DNA of 58,166 nt from Candidatus Uhrbacteria bacterium (GTDB lineage: Bacteria; Patescibacteriota; Patescibacteriia; UBA9934): NCBI GenBank assembly GCA_943358395.1, contig CALRGY010000002.1, forward strand, positions 1-58,166, given 5' to 3'. The notes beneath the pieces are model-generated. The model had not been told where the DNA came from. It searched no databases and saw only the letters and a list, made by a program, of their open reading frames with translations. Below are positions 29,854 through 39,544 of this stretch, in pieces. The translations under genes and the position numbers were made by a program. Every line of letters begins with the position of its first letter. Within the stretch, counting starts at the first letter, position 1.

Positions 29854-30557
29854 CTATGGACGACACCCACGATGACGTTTTTCTTCTTGCGCAAAAGGAC
29901 GCTGAACGCATTATGGCGGAAAAGCCGAGTGTATTCGAGGCGTTTTTCGCAATGATCGCGATTGCGCCTTCAGGGAAGGACGTGATTGCGCCACAATATT
30001 CCGATCGTCGGAATGAGATTCTTCGGCGATTTGGCTTAGAGAATGCGTATGAAAAATTTCTCATCGAGCTGTGTTGGAGCTATCCAGACAGTACAGATTT
30101 TTTCTCCACGCCGGGGAATGAGGCGGAATTTGCCACATTTCCAGCGCGAGCAGGGAAAGCGGGGCTGAATGTTGGGCTATTTCTCGATGCCTTACTTGCC
30201 GCTGTCCTCATCGATGATCGGAAAAAGCATCCAGGCACACTCGAAGCGTTTCATCGTTTTGTTGCAGCAGAATACGTCGTTATGCCCGAGCGCTTTGCGG
30301 CACGACAGGCGCAGCAGGCGCATGCGCGAAAACTTCGGATGAAGGCGATTTTGCGGGAATGCGGTTTAGCGCCAGAGATGCTATTCGAGCGCCTCAATAT
30401 TGGTTTAGGACCGGAACGTGGTGTGGTTATGGAGGGCGTGTACGAAATGATTCGTGGAGAATCCGTGGGTGCACAATTTGGTATTCATACCGAATATCTT
30501 CAGGAATGTGCACGAAATGCCGCGGGTCAGCTTTCGAAGGAAGGGCTTTCCGTGTAA
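29850..30557 (+). CDS. Hypothetical protein
   Basis: ATGA overlap with upstream gene. Confidence 0.65.
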   Translation: MTMDDTHDDVFLLAQKDAERIMAEKPSVFEAFFAMIAIAPSGKDVIAPQYSDRRNEILRRFGLENAYEKFLIELCWSYPDSTDFFSTPGNEAEFATFPARAGKAGLNVGLFLDALLAAVLIDDRKKHPGTLEAFHRFVAAEYVVMPERFAARQAQQAHARKLRMKAILRECGLAPEMLFERLNIGLGPERGVVMEGVYEMIRGESVGAQFGIHTEYLQECARNAAGQLSKEGLSV

Positions 30558-30568
30558 AATGCGTTCAT

Positions 30569-31126
30569 ATGATCGCCTCTCTTGATGGCATTGTTTCCGG
30601 CATCGAATCCGATGGAATCCTTTTGGAAGTGAATGGTATTGGGTACCGGGTGTACATGGGCCGGGTGCAGACGGAAGTTGGCGACAGATTGCGGTGCTGG
30701 ATTAGCGAAATTATTCGGGAGGATAAGCACGACCTATACGGATTCGCGCATCGAACTGATCAGGCGTTGTTTGAACAGTTGATGAGCGTTTCTGGTGTTG
30801 GCCCGAAACTTGCGTTAAAGATTCTTTCCGTTGGCACCACGGAAGACGTTGTACGACATATCCAAATGGACGACGTGGCATTTCTCACGTCGATCAGCGG
30901 CGTGGGGAAGAAAACCGCACAGAAGATTATTTTGGATTTGAAGGGTGTGCTTGTTTTGGAGAATACGAATAATGCTTCGAATACGACCTATTCAGAAGTT
31001 TCAGACGCATTAGAAAGTCTTGGCTATTCAAAAGCGGATATTGCCGACATCGCGAAGGACATTCTTGGAGAAACCACAGAATCCCGCGTGAAATCTGCAC
31101 TGAAACTGTTATCGCGTCACGTATGA
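30569..31126 (+). CDS. ruvA: Holliday junction branch migration protein RuvA
   Basis: MIASLDG, VNGIGY, LYGF, VSGVGPKLAL, GVGKKTAQKIILDLK. Confidence 0.96.
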   Translation: MIASLDGIVSGIESDGILLEVNGIGYRVYMGRVQTEVGDRLRCWISEIIREDKHDLYGFAHRTDQALFEQLMSVSGVGPKLALKILSVGTTEDVVRHIQMDDVAFLTSISGVGKKTAQKIILDLKGVLVLENTNNASNTTYSEVSDALESLGYSKADIADIAKDILGETTESRVKSALKLLSRHV

Positions 31127-32154
31127 GCGTCGAATATACCCAAGAACAGTGGAATGCCCTTGTCGCACCATTCGCGCCCATCAGTGGTGCATTTTTGCAG
31201 AGCTTTGCCTGGGGAGAGTTTCAGCAATCGCAGGGAAGGGAAGTGAAGAGAATAGTCGTGAACGTGAACCCTCTTTTATTTATGGGGGAGTTAGGAGGGG
31301 GCGGGGGACCGAGGGGGGCTGAGCCGCAGGGGACTCGTACCGCGATCGCTCAAGCGGTGAAGTTGAAGGCACCTCTCCGCATGACGTACTGGCTGGTGCC
31401 GAAGGGCCCAATTGGCGACGCGTCATCGACGGCGATGCGAGATAGCGTGGTCGCTGCACTCGGAGCTAGCACCGATTATATCCGCACCGAATCCGCAGAA
31501 CGCCTGCCACGATCGATCGCCACGAAAGACATGCACCCCCACACCACACGTCTTATCGACCTTACGCAGGGATACGATGCAGTTTTTGGTGATTTTCATA
31601 CTCGCGTGCGATACAACACGAGGCTTGCAAAGAAGAAGGGCGTGATCTGCGAATTCGTTAGCCTCGACCGTTTTGAGGAATTCGTTGAACTCATGAAGCA
31701 AACCGCCGAGCGAGACGAGTTTTCGATTCACGAGATCGCGTATTACCGATCGATGATCGAAAGGCTCGGCGCCGAGCCATCGTGCCACGCAAAGCTGGCC
31801 ATTGCATCGAAGGATGGCACGCCCCTTGCTGCCACGCTCACCATCGACGCATTCGGTACAAGAACGTATCTGCACGGCGCATCCGGAAATATGATGCGCG
31901 AGCTGAAAGCAACCCACGTTCTGCAAGACTTCGTCATCCACGATGCCATCACTTCCGGCATGATCCGTTACGATTTCTGGGGCATCGCCCCCGAAGGATC
32001 CTCATCAAAACATCCCTGGGCCGGCATCACCGAATTCAAAAAAGCCTTCGGAGGATACGTCTATGCCACCGCCGGAACATTCGATATTCCAGTGAATATT
32101 CCAAAGTACATCATCTATCGTGTAGCAAAAGCGGTGAGGGGAGTGGTGAGGTGA
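31123..32154 (+). CDS. FemAB/FemX-family peptidoglycan peptidyltransferase with in-frame repeat insertion
   Basis: FLQSFAWGEFQ, PKGP, RYN.R.A.KKG, YLHGAS, YDFWGI, G...FK..FGG. Confidence 0.9.
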   Translation: MSVEYTQEQWNALVAPFAPISGAFLQSFAWGEFQQSQGREVKRIVVNVNPLLFMGELGGGGGPRGAEPQGTRTAIAQAVKLKAPLRMTYWLVPKGPIGDASSTAMRDSVVAALGASTDYIRTESAERLPRSIATKDMHPHTTRLIDLTQGYDAVFGDFHTRVRYNTRLAKKKGVICEFVSLDRFEEFVELMKQTAERDEFSIHEIAYYRSMIERLGAEPSCHAKLAIASKDGTPLAATLTIDAFGTRTYLHGASGNMMRELKATHVLQDFVIHDAITSGMIRYDFWGIAPEGSSSKHPWAGITEFKKAFGGYVYATAGTFDIPVNIPKYIIYRVAKAVRGVVR

Positions 32155-32156
32155 TG

Positions 32157-32281
32157 AGGGGTTTTCGAATTTTAGGCTATTTTCGGTGCGCAAGGAGCAA
32201 AGTTCGTGAGACGTACTTAACGGTACGTTGAACGAATTTGTGACGAAGTAAGCCGAAAAGAGACAAAATGGGAAAACCCTA
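32157..32281. repeat. ~125-bp palindromic element, copy 6
   Basis: GCAAGGAGCAAAGTTCGTGAGACGTACTTAACGGTACGTTGAACGAATTTG. Confidence 0.88.
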
Positions 32282-32287
32282 AATGAG

Positions 32288-33553
32288 TTACGGCAGCAAA
32301 CTAAACTTTTCCTGATGAATCCTGTGATGCGGCACTTTGAGAGCTAAAAGTTGAGTACGGATGGCGGCAACCATGCCTTGGGGGCCGCAGAGGAAGATGT
32401 CGGTGTTTTTGGGATCGAGGTGGCGTAAGGCGGCTTCGGCGGTGAGGAAGCCTTGCTCTTTGCTTTTCCACAACACCACGTTGAGATTCGGTTTTTGTGC
32501 ACGCATGCGGGCAATATCGTCGGCAACGGCGTTCTCTGTTTCGTCGGAAATAGCATAGAACAGAGTGGCGGAGTATTCGCTGGGGAGGGATTCCGCGAAG
32601 GCAAGAAACGGGGTGATGCCAATACCGCCAGCAATCCAGCACTGCGTTTTTCCGCCGGCGTTGTACGTAAAGCTTCCGTACGGCCCTTCCACCATTGCTT
32701 CGTCACCGATAACAATATTTTGGAGGGTATTCGTGAAGTCGCCGAGTTTTTTCGCCACAAAACGAATAGAGCCGTCGGCACTAGACCCGGCGATGGTGAA
32801 TGGATGCTCTTCAGCCTTCACGCCGTTGCTCATGTACGTGACGTAGGCAAACTGCCCCGGGCGAAGATCGAAGCCCTGGTTTTTTGGCGTTAATGTTACG
32901 TCAACGAATTTTTCGTTTACCACGCGAACGTTGGTAACGACATACGGTGTTCGATGCACAAAAAGCTTATGAAACAGCACACGGTACACAATAGCGAGCA
33001 CACCAAGTCCCAGGAAGAGCACAAAAAGGATGCGGAGCGCGGGGACGGATTGAATGCCGCCAGAAATGAAAATGCCATGGAGTGCGCCAAGAAGGAACGC
33101 GAGGGCAAGGTATCGGTGCACTTTTTTCCAAATATGGTACGGCAGGCGAATGTAATATGTGCACACAATGCAGAACGCCATGAGAATCAGCCCTAGAACG
33201 CCAAGGGTTTTAATGATGTCACCCACGGGAAGTAAGAATAGCGCAGCATCTTTGGGGGAAAATTGCGCAATCGGCCACACAAGAAAGAGGGGATGGAGGA
33301 GAAGCGCGATGAGTGCGCCGGTGCCGATGAGCTGATGCGCCCGATACGACTGCCCAAGGCTGCCGAAGATTTTTTCTTGCACCGGCAAGCGAACGGCGAG
33401 GAGTAGCGCGAGGGTAAAAGCGGCAAAGCCAATCACGCCTAATGTGCTACCAATGAAGTTCATCGAAAGCGTTGGCGACGTTGCACTGAGCCAGAGGGCT
33501 AAGGGAAGGGTGAGAAAGAGCGTGACGGGAATGGTGCCGGTGGGGATGCGCAT
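32288..33553 (-). CDS. Ferric reductase-like membrane FAD/NAD(P)H oxidoreductase
   Basis: TM His residues, PGQF, EHPFTI, GDFT, EGPYG, IAGGIGITPF, LCGP. Confidence 0.92.
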   Translation of the reverse strand: MRIPTGTIPVTLFLTLPLALWLSATSPTLSMNFIGSTLGVIGFAAFTLALLLAVRLPVQEKIFGSLGQSYRAHQLIGTGALIALLLHPLFLVWPIAQFSPKDAALFLLPVGDIIKTLGVLGLILMAFCIVCTYYIRLPYHIWKKVHRYLALAFLLGALHGIFISGGIQSVPALRILFVLFLGLGVLAIVYRVLFHKLFVHRTPYVVTNVRVVNEKFVDVTLTPKNQGFDLRPGQFAYVTYMSNGVKAEEHPFTIAGSSADGSIRFVAKKLGDFTNTLQNIVIGDEAMVEGPYGSFTYNAGGKTQCWIAGGIGITPFLAFAESLPSEYSATLFYAISDETENAVADDIARMRAQKPNLNVVLWKSKEQGFLTAEAALRHLDPKNTDIFLCGPQGMVAAIRTQLLALKVPHHRIHQEKFSLLP

Positions 33554-33646
33554 ATTGCTGGATAGGATAGCGGAAAATTCTCATCTTGTGCACAGCAAAA
33601 ACAGACGTTGAACACATTCTGTACACAGGCGTGATAAAATACAGGA

Positions 33647-34783
33647 ATGAGAATTGGAATCGACGCAAGATTCTATGGTCCACGCGTTGGCGGTGGCGGC
33701 TTAGGTCGTTACACTGAGGAGTTGGTGACGGCGTTGCAAGCGGTGGATACAGAAAATGAATATGTGCTGTTTTTGGGGAAAGAGAACATGCATGAATGCC
33801 GAATTACGAATGCGAAGTTTACGAAGCGTATGGTCGACGTACCGTGGTATTCGCTGGCAGAGCAGACGCAGATGCCCCGGCACATTGCGCTTGCGAAGGT
33901 GAATATCATGCACTATCCACACTGGAATATCCCCATGTTTTCCCGTGTGCCGTTTGTGGTAACCATCCATGACCTTATTCTCCTTGAAGACCAAGCTTCT
34001 GCGCGTGCAACAACTCAGAATGCGTTTGTGCACGGCATAAAAAGCATTGCGCATCGGCTGGTGCTGGAGGCAGCAATCCACCGAAGCAAGCACATTGTCG
34101 CGATATCCGAATATACGAAACGATCGATTCTTGAGCATTTCCGTGTTCCAGCAGGGAAAATATCGGTGGTGCATAACGGCGTGCGCCCGCCCCACGGCGC
34201 AGAAACCGTTTCGCTCGAATCATTGGGCATCGATGAACCGTACATCCTTTCCGTGGGCAATGCGTATCCACATAAAAATATCGAAACGACGCTTCTCGCA
34301 TTTCGTGCGCTGTGCGATTCCGATGCGCGCACCATGCTTGTTCTTGCCGGAAAGCGCGATATGTTCACGAAAAAGCTGGAAGCGTTTGTACGAGAGATTG
34401 GTATTCCGCAGAATCGTATTCGGTTTATCGACACGCCAAGCGATGCGGTGCTCGCGAGGTTGTATACTAGCGCTGTACTCTTTGTGATTGCTTCACGCAT
34501 TGAAGGCTTTGGCATTCCGCCGTTAGAGGCATTGGCGTTCGGTGTGCCTGTTGCGGCAAGCCGAGCGTCATCATTACCGGAAGTGTTGGGGGAAACGGTG
34601 CGATATTTTGAGCCCAATGATGCCAGTGCTCTTACGGCACTGATGCGCGATGCTATGCACCGCCCAGAACAATGGGAACGGTTCCGTGTTCCTGGCATGC
34701 GGCGTGCAGAGGGGTATTCGTGGAAAAAGGCAGCCACAGCAATGCGTGATGTCTATCGAAATTTTGCAGATCGACGATTGTGA
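33647..34783 (+). CDS. GT4 glycosyltransferase
   Basis: MRIGIDAR, VTIHDL, PHKN, EGFGIPPLEA. Confidence 0.93.
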   Translation: MRIGIDARFYGPRVGGGGLGRYTEELVTALQAVDTENEYVLFLGKENMHECRITNAKFTKRMVDVPWYSLAEQTQMPRHIALAKVNIMHYPHWNIPMFSRVPFVVTIHDLILLEDQASARATTQNAFVHGIKSIAHRLVLEAAIHRSKHIVAISEYTKRSILEHFRVPAGKISVVHNGVRPPHGAETVSLESLGIDEPYILSVGNAYPHKNIETTLLAFRALCDSDARTMLVLAGKRDMFTKKLEAFVREIGIPQNRIRFIDTPSDAVLARLYTSAVLFVIASRIEGFGIPPLEALAFGVPVAASRASSLPEVLGETVRYFEPNDASALTALMRDAMHRPEQWERFRVPGMRRAEGYSWKKAATAMRDVYRNFADRRL

Positions 34784-37323
34784 AACACATTCAGCACATC
34801 ACTCCCATGTATGACGACGCTGTACCAGAGCGTTTTTTGAGTGCAGCAGCACAGAGCGATGAAAAAAAGCTCCTCATTCACCATGGTACCGGGAACCCGT
34901 CGCCGTATATCGTGAAGCTTTCTCGAGGCACCGATGCACCATCGACCGCGGGGACGGCAGATGCAATCCAGGCGCTTGCTGCAAGCCTCATTATCGATGG
35001 TGACGATGATAGTGGCACCATCGAAATGGAACATGAAGACCTTGGTATAGATTTTGCAGATATTTCCAGTCAGTTGCGTGAAAGAGACGTTGCGTATGGT
35101 GTGCGGATGATTCCTCAAGAAAAATCATCGGCATCCATTGAATTTCCACGACGTCCCGTTTCCCTTGATGACGCATTGGCGGCGTATGTCGATCCAGCGA
35201 TTTCGTTGGAGGCATTCGTTCCGATCACATCGGTCATGGAAGAGGTGCCTCTGGAACAGATTGCACAAGAGCAGCGCACGCCCAACACCGTTGCTCCCGA
35301 TTCTTCGTTGCGGCGCGTGATGCGTTTTGAATGGGGCTTTTTCCATCATTTGCCAACGCGCGCCTTGGGCGCATTCGTCCTTTTATCGTTTATCGTGGTG
35401 CTTCCCCTTCATGCCATGCAGGTGTTTTCTGGAACCGCTCATCAGGTGAATGCGGTGAAAGATGTTGGGTTTGCAGCATTGGATGATGTTTCACGGGCGA
35501 CAGATGCGCTTGCCGCAAAAGATTTTTCTGCCGCAGGAGATGATTTTTCTGCTGCAGCGGAAAAGTTTGCATTTGCGCAGGAATCGTTGGGCGGTTTACA
35601 TGCTGGCGTGGTGGCACTGGTGAATAGCATTCCGCAAACGGACAGAACCTATGAATCCGTGCGTGGATTAGTCACTGCAGGCCAAGAGCTTTCGCAAACA
35701 GCGTCTATCATGAGTGAAGCAATGCAGGGGATTCCGTCGCAGTCGTCTACAGATGTTGTGACAAAGTTGAATTTGCTCGGTGCGTATATTGAAAATGCAT
35801 TGCCGCATGCCTTGGCAGCAGAAGCGGCGCTGGCAAAGGTGCGTACAAGCGTGGTGCCGGCAGAGTACACTGCAACTATCGCGCGACTGCAGGCAGATGC
35901 GCCGATGGTTGCAGCATCCATGCAGGAATTTGTACGGTTTATTCATACCCTTACGTTTGTACTGGGGGGCAATAGCACCATGCGGTACTTGGCGCTGTTT
36001 CAAAACAATACGGAGCTGCGCCCCACGGGTGGATTTGTGGGGAGCTTCGCAGAGATCAGTATGAATAACGGCGCGATTGCTGCAATGCGCCTGCCAGGTG
36101 GCGGCACGTACGATACACAGGGGCAGCTAGATACTTTTGTTGCTGCACCAAGGCCGTTGCAGCTTATTAACCCCCGATGGGAGTTCCAGGACGGAAATTG
36201 GTTCCCAGATTTTCCTACGTCGGCAAAAAAGATGCAGTGGTTTTATGAGCATGCTGGTGGCCCCACCACAGACGGCGTTGTGGCAGTGAACGCCACGTTT
36301 GTCGAAAAGCTTCTTGAGGTGATTGGCCCTATTGAAATGCCAGAATATGGCGTAACCCTCAATGCGGAGAATTTTGTATTTACCACAGAAAAAGCTGTAG
36401 AAATTGATGCCGACAAAACCAAGAACACGCCAAAGGCATTTTTAGGAGACCTTGTGCCGCGGGTGATTGAAAAAATAAAGGGAGCAGATGCACCAACATT
36501 CATGAAGATTCTGCTCTTGATTGAGCGAGGGCTTGCAGAAAAAGACATTCAGCTTTCGTTCCGTGACAATGACGCGCAAAAATTGATTGCAGATTTGGGT
36601 TTTGACGGTGCCGTGCGCCAAACCGATGGAGATTACCTCATGGTCGTGAATACCAACGTTGGCGGAGGAAAGACAGATGCAGTGATTGATCAGCAGGTAG
36701 ACGTTGTAGTAGACATTGCGGAAACGGGGACTATCGATCACGCGTTGACGCTCACGAAAACGCATCGCGGCATGGCAAATGCGGTGTTTACTGGAAAAAA
36801 TAACGTTGATTATGTGCGGTTTTATGTTCCAGAGGGCAGTGTATTACTTTCTGCGGATGGTTTTGAACCACCGCCAGAATCGCTCTTTGAATCATCGAGC
36901 GTCCCCTTGGGTGTTGATGACGATTTGTCTGTCGTGATGTCTGAAGAATCGCGCGATGCGCTTTTGGGAATAGATACGTGGAACGAATTTGGAAAAACAG
37001 TGTTTGGTGGGTGGATGCAAACAGCTCCAGGGGAAACGCAGGTGGTGCAATTGTCGTATCGCATTCCGCAGGTGCTTTTTCGTGACGAGGGCAGTACATC
37101 GGTGTTTGCACGTGCGCGCAATGCACTGGGGCTTGGTACGCACGATGGATATTCCCTTTTTGTGCAAAAACAATCTGGCGTGGTGTCGCGCGACACCACG
37201 GTACGTGTATCCGTTCCAAGCACGATGCATACCGCATGGACGAATGTTACAGGCGCAGACACGAATATAGTGACGTTTCAGAATACTCATGATGTTTTTT
37301 CCGGATGGTTATTGAAAAAATAA
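34780..37323 (+). CDS. DUF4012 domain protein
   Basis: YLALFQNNTELRPTGGFVGS, WFPDFPTSA, DGVVAVN, GGKTD, YVRFYVPEGS. Confidence 0.88.
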   Translation: MKHIQHITPMYDDAVPERFLSAAAQSDEKKLLIHHGTGNPSPYIVKLSRGTDAPSTAGTADAIQALAASLIIDGDDDSGTIEMEHEDLGIDFADISSQLRERDVAYGVRMIPQEKSSASIEFPRRPVSLDDALAAYVDPAISLEAFVPITSVMEEVPLEQIAQEQRTPNTVAPDSSLRRVMRFEWGFFHHLPTRALGAFVLLSFIVVLPLHAMQVFSGTAHQVNAVKDVGFAALDDVSRATDALAAKDFSAAGDDFSAAAEKFAFAQESLGGLHAGVVALVNSIPQTDRTYESVRGLVTAGQELSQTASIMSEAMQGIPSQSSTDVVTKLNLLGAYIENALPHALAAEAALAKVRTSVVPAEYTATIARLQADAPMVAASMQEFVRFIHTLTFVLGGNSTMRYLALFQNNTELRPTGGFVGSFAEISMNNGAIAAMRLPGGGTYDTQGQLDTFVAAPRPLQLINPRWEFQDGNWFPDFPTSAKKMQWFYEHAGGPTTDGVVAVNATFVEKLLEVIGPIEMPEYGVTLNAENFVFTTEKAVEIDADKTKNTPKAFLGDLVPRVIEKIKGADAPTFMKILLLIERGLAEKDIQLSFRDNDAQKLIADLGFDGAVRQTDGDYLMVVNTNVGGGKTDAVIDQQVDVVVDIAETGTIDHALTLTKTHRGMANAVFTGKNNVDYVRFYVPEGSVLLSADGFEPPPESLFESSSVPLGVDDDLSVVMSEESRDALLGIDTWNEFGKTVFGGWMQTAPGETQVVQLSYRIPQVLFRDEGSTSVFARARNALGLGTHDGYSLFVQKQSGVVSRDTTVRVSVPSTMHTAWTNVTGADTNIVTFQNTHDVFSGWLLKK

Positions 37324-37326
37324 ATG

Positions 37327-37505
37327 TAGGACTTCCTCATTTTGTCTATTTTCGACTCACCCCGCTGTTCGCGAACGGCGGGGTCAGATCATCGGAAAAT
37401 CGTTCACCCCGCTTCTCGCGAGAGGCGGGGTCAACGTACCATGAAGTACGTCTCACGAATTTTCCTCGATCTTCATCGAAACTAGCCTAAAATGAGAAAG
37501 TCCTA
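37327..37505. repeat. ~125-bp palindromic element, copy 7, with two nested 24-bp hairpins
   Basis: IR TAGGACTTCCTCATTTT/AAAATGAGAAAGTCCTA; inserts 37360-37383 and 37407-37430. Confidence 0.9.
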
Positions 37506-37511
37506 AAACAT

Positions 37512-39329
37512 ATGCTTACTAAACGTCGGCACCACGAAAAGCATCCAAAACACGCGGCAGCAGAAATTGCGCAAAGCCTCTCTGCTATTTACGGCAGCGA
37601 GCGTGGCGATTTAAAGGTGCTCACCAAGGGCGAATCGTGGGCAACGTGGTTTCTGAAACGCGTGATTGCGACGTTGCTGGTGGTGTGTGTGCTGGTGTTT
37701 GGTGGGTTTGCGGTGTATTGGAAATTCTTTGCCACGAGCCACGAGGGGAAACCACTAACGATGACGTTTATCGCACCGGATGTGCTGCAAAGCGGTGCAT
37801 TAGCAACAATTGAGGTGCAGTACGCAAACGCCACGGCGTATCCACTGACGGGTGTAGAAATTGATGTGAATCTTCCTTCCGGCTTTGCGTTACGTGCATC
37901 GGAGCCTTCTGCAACGAATGTGAAAGATTTGGTGTTCGATGTTGGCACGATTTCAGGGAATACGGACGGAAAGATTGTCATCAACGGCGTGTGGAATACA
38001 GACGTTCCTAGCACAGCAGGCATTCAGGCATTGGCGCGGTATCAGCCTGCAAATTTTAATGCGGAGTTCCACGATATCGTCACGAAAACCATTACCACGA
38101 CGGAAAGCACCACCGCACTCACGATTGATGCCCCGCTGACGGCAAATGTTGGGGAAGCGGTGACGTATACCGTTCATGTGAAAAACACGGGAACAGAAAT
38201 TCTCCCTGCGCCGCGTGTGGCATTAACATTGCCTGCAGGGTTTTTTGTACAGACGAGTACTCCGGCGTTTGCTCCGGGTGAAGGATTTGCGCTCACGCTT
38301 CCCGACATTGCTCCGAGTACTGAATCGATCATCACCGTGACGGGGGCGTTCGCCTCTGATGTAATGGGAGAGCAAATCATCATGGGAGCAAGCGGCATTG
38401 CAGGTGAGCGATTTTCTGTACAAGCAACAGCCACGATGCAAACAGACGTGAAAGGGAGTGCGCTTGCACTCACCATGGTGGGTAACGGTACGCAAGGCAC
38501 GGTGATCGCAGATCCAGGATCGCTGCTTCGCTTGGCGCTCCGCATAGAGAATATGAGCGATACGGCGGTGAGTGACGCGACGGCGCTTTTAGATTTTACC
38601 GCGGAAGATAATATTCCAATTGACTGGAAGACGGCAGTGCTTGGTGGGGGAAGAATTACGGCAAAGGGCATTGTATTCGACGCAAAGGCACTGGGAGTTC
38701 TTGCGCCCGGAACACACAAAACGCTCGACCTTGCTTTTCCGCTGAAAACCGATCTTTCTGCGGTGAGTAGCGCATTTTCCATCGCCTTCAGCGCAACACG
38801 CGGTGCTATTACTGTGCAATCGGCTCCGCTTTCCGTGGTGCTCAATTCAGATGCCGCTGTAATAAGTGCACTTCGGTATTATGACGACGACGGCGCACCG
38901 CTTGGGAGTGGTCCATTGCCGCCAACCGTTGGAACAGCAACGCATTATCGTGGGGTGTGGGGTATTGCCAGTGGTGCGCATGGCTTGGAAGACGTTACGG
39001 TTTCTGCAACGCTCCCTAGTGGTGTGGCATGGGACGATTTTGCCACAGTTACCAGCGGCACACTTGCCTTCGATCCTGTTCAACGTATTGTACGCTGGAG
39101 TATTGCAAGCATTCCTGCCGGTTCTCCAATGATCACTGCCCGATTCAGCGTTGCGCTTACCCCAACATCTGCAGACGTTGGTTTGATAAAAACCGTCGTC
39201 GGCAAAACCGTTCTCACCGCAAAAGACAGCACCACGAGCGCCACCATTGAACGCTCCACCGAAGCCATTACCACCGAGTGTATCGGCGACCTGTATGCGG
39301 AAGGGAAGGGGGAAGTGAGGAAAGAGTAA
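37512..39329 (+). CDS. Membrane-anchored protein with Ig-like (DUF11-like) domains
   Basis: N-terminal TM; YTVHVKNTG; GSGPLPP.VG..T.Y. Confidence 0.8.
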   Translation: MLTKRRHHEKHPKHAAAEIAQSLSAIYGSERGDLKVLTKGESWATWFLKRVIATLLVVCVLVFGGFAVYWKFFATSHEGKPLTMTFIAPDVLQSGALATIEVQYANATAYPLTGVEIDVNLPSGFALRASEPSATNVKDLVFDVGTISGNTDGKIVINGVWNTDVPSTAGIQALARYQPANFNAEFHDIVTKTITTTESTTALTIDAPLTANVGEAVTYTVHVKNTGTEILPAPRVALTLPAGFFVQTSTPAFAPGEGFALTLPDIAPSTESIITVTGAFASDVMGEQIIMGASGIAGERFSVQATATMQTDVKGSALALTMVGNGTQGTVIADPGSLLRLALRIENMSDTAVSDATALLDFTAEDNIPIDWKTAVLGGGRITAKGIVFDAKALGVLAPGTHKTLDLAFPLKTDLSAVSSAFSIAFSATRGAITVQSAPLSVVLNSDAAVISALRYYDDDGAPLGSGPLPPTVGTATHYRGVWGIASGAHGLEDVTVSATLPSGVAWDDFATVTSGTLAFDPVQRIVRWSIASIPAGSPMITARFSVALTPTSADVGLIKTVVGKTVLTAKDSTTSATIERSTEAITTECIGDLYAEGKGEVRKE

Positions 39330-39383
39330 TCCTCTATTGATACGGTGGCTATATATAGCAAAAGAAAACGTAAGTAATTTAAT

Positions 39384-39544
39384 TAGGACTTTCTCATTTT
39401 AGGCTATTTTCGGTGCGCAAGGAGCAAAGTTCGTGAGATGTACTTAACGGTACGTTGAACGAATTTGCGACGCAGCAAGGTATGAAGTAAGCGCTTCGCT
39501 TTACTTCATACCAAGCCGAAAAGAGACAAAATGAGAAAGTCCTA
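39384..39544. repeat. ~125-bp palindromic element, copy 8, with nested 36-bp insert
   Basis: IR TAGGACTTTCTCATTTT/AAAATGAGAAAGTCCTA. Confidence 0.9.
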
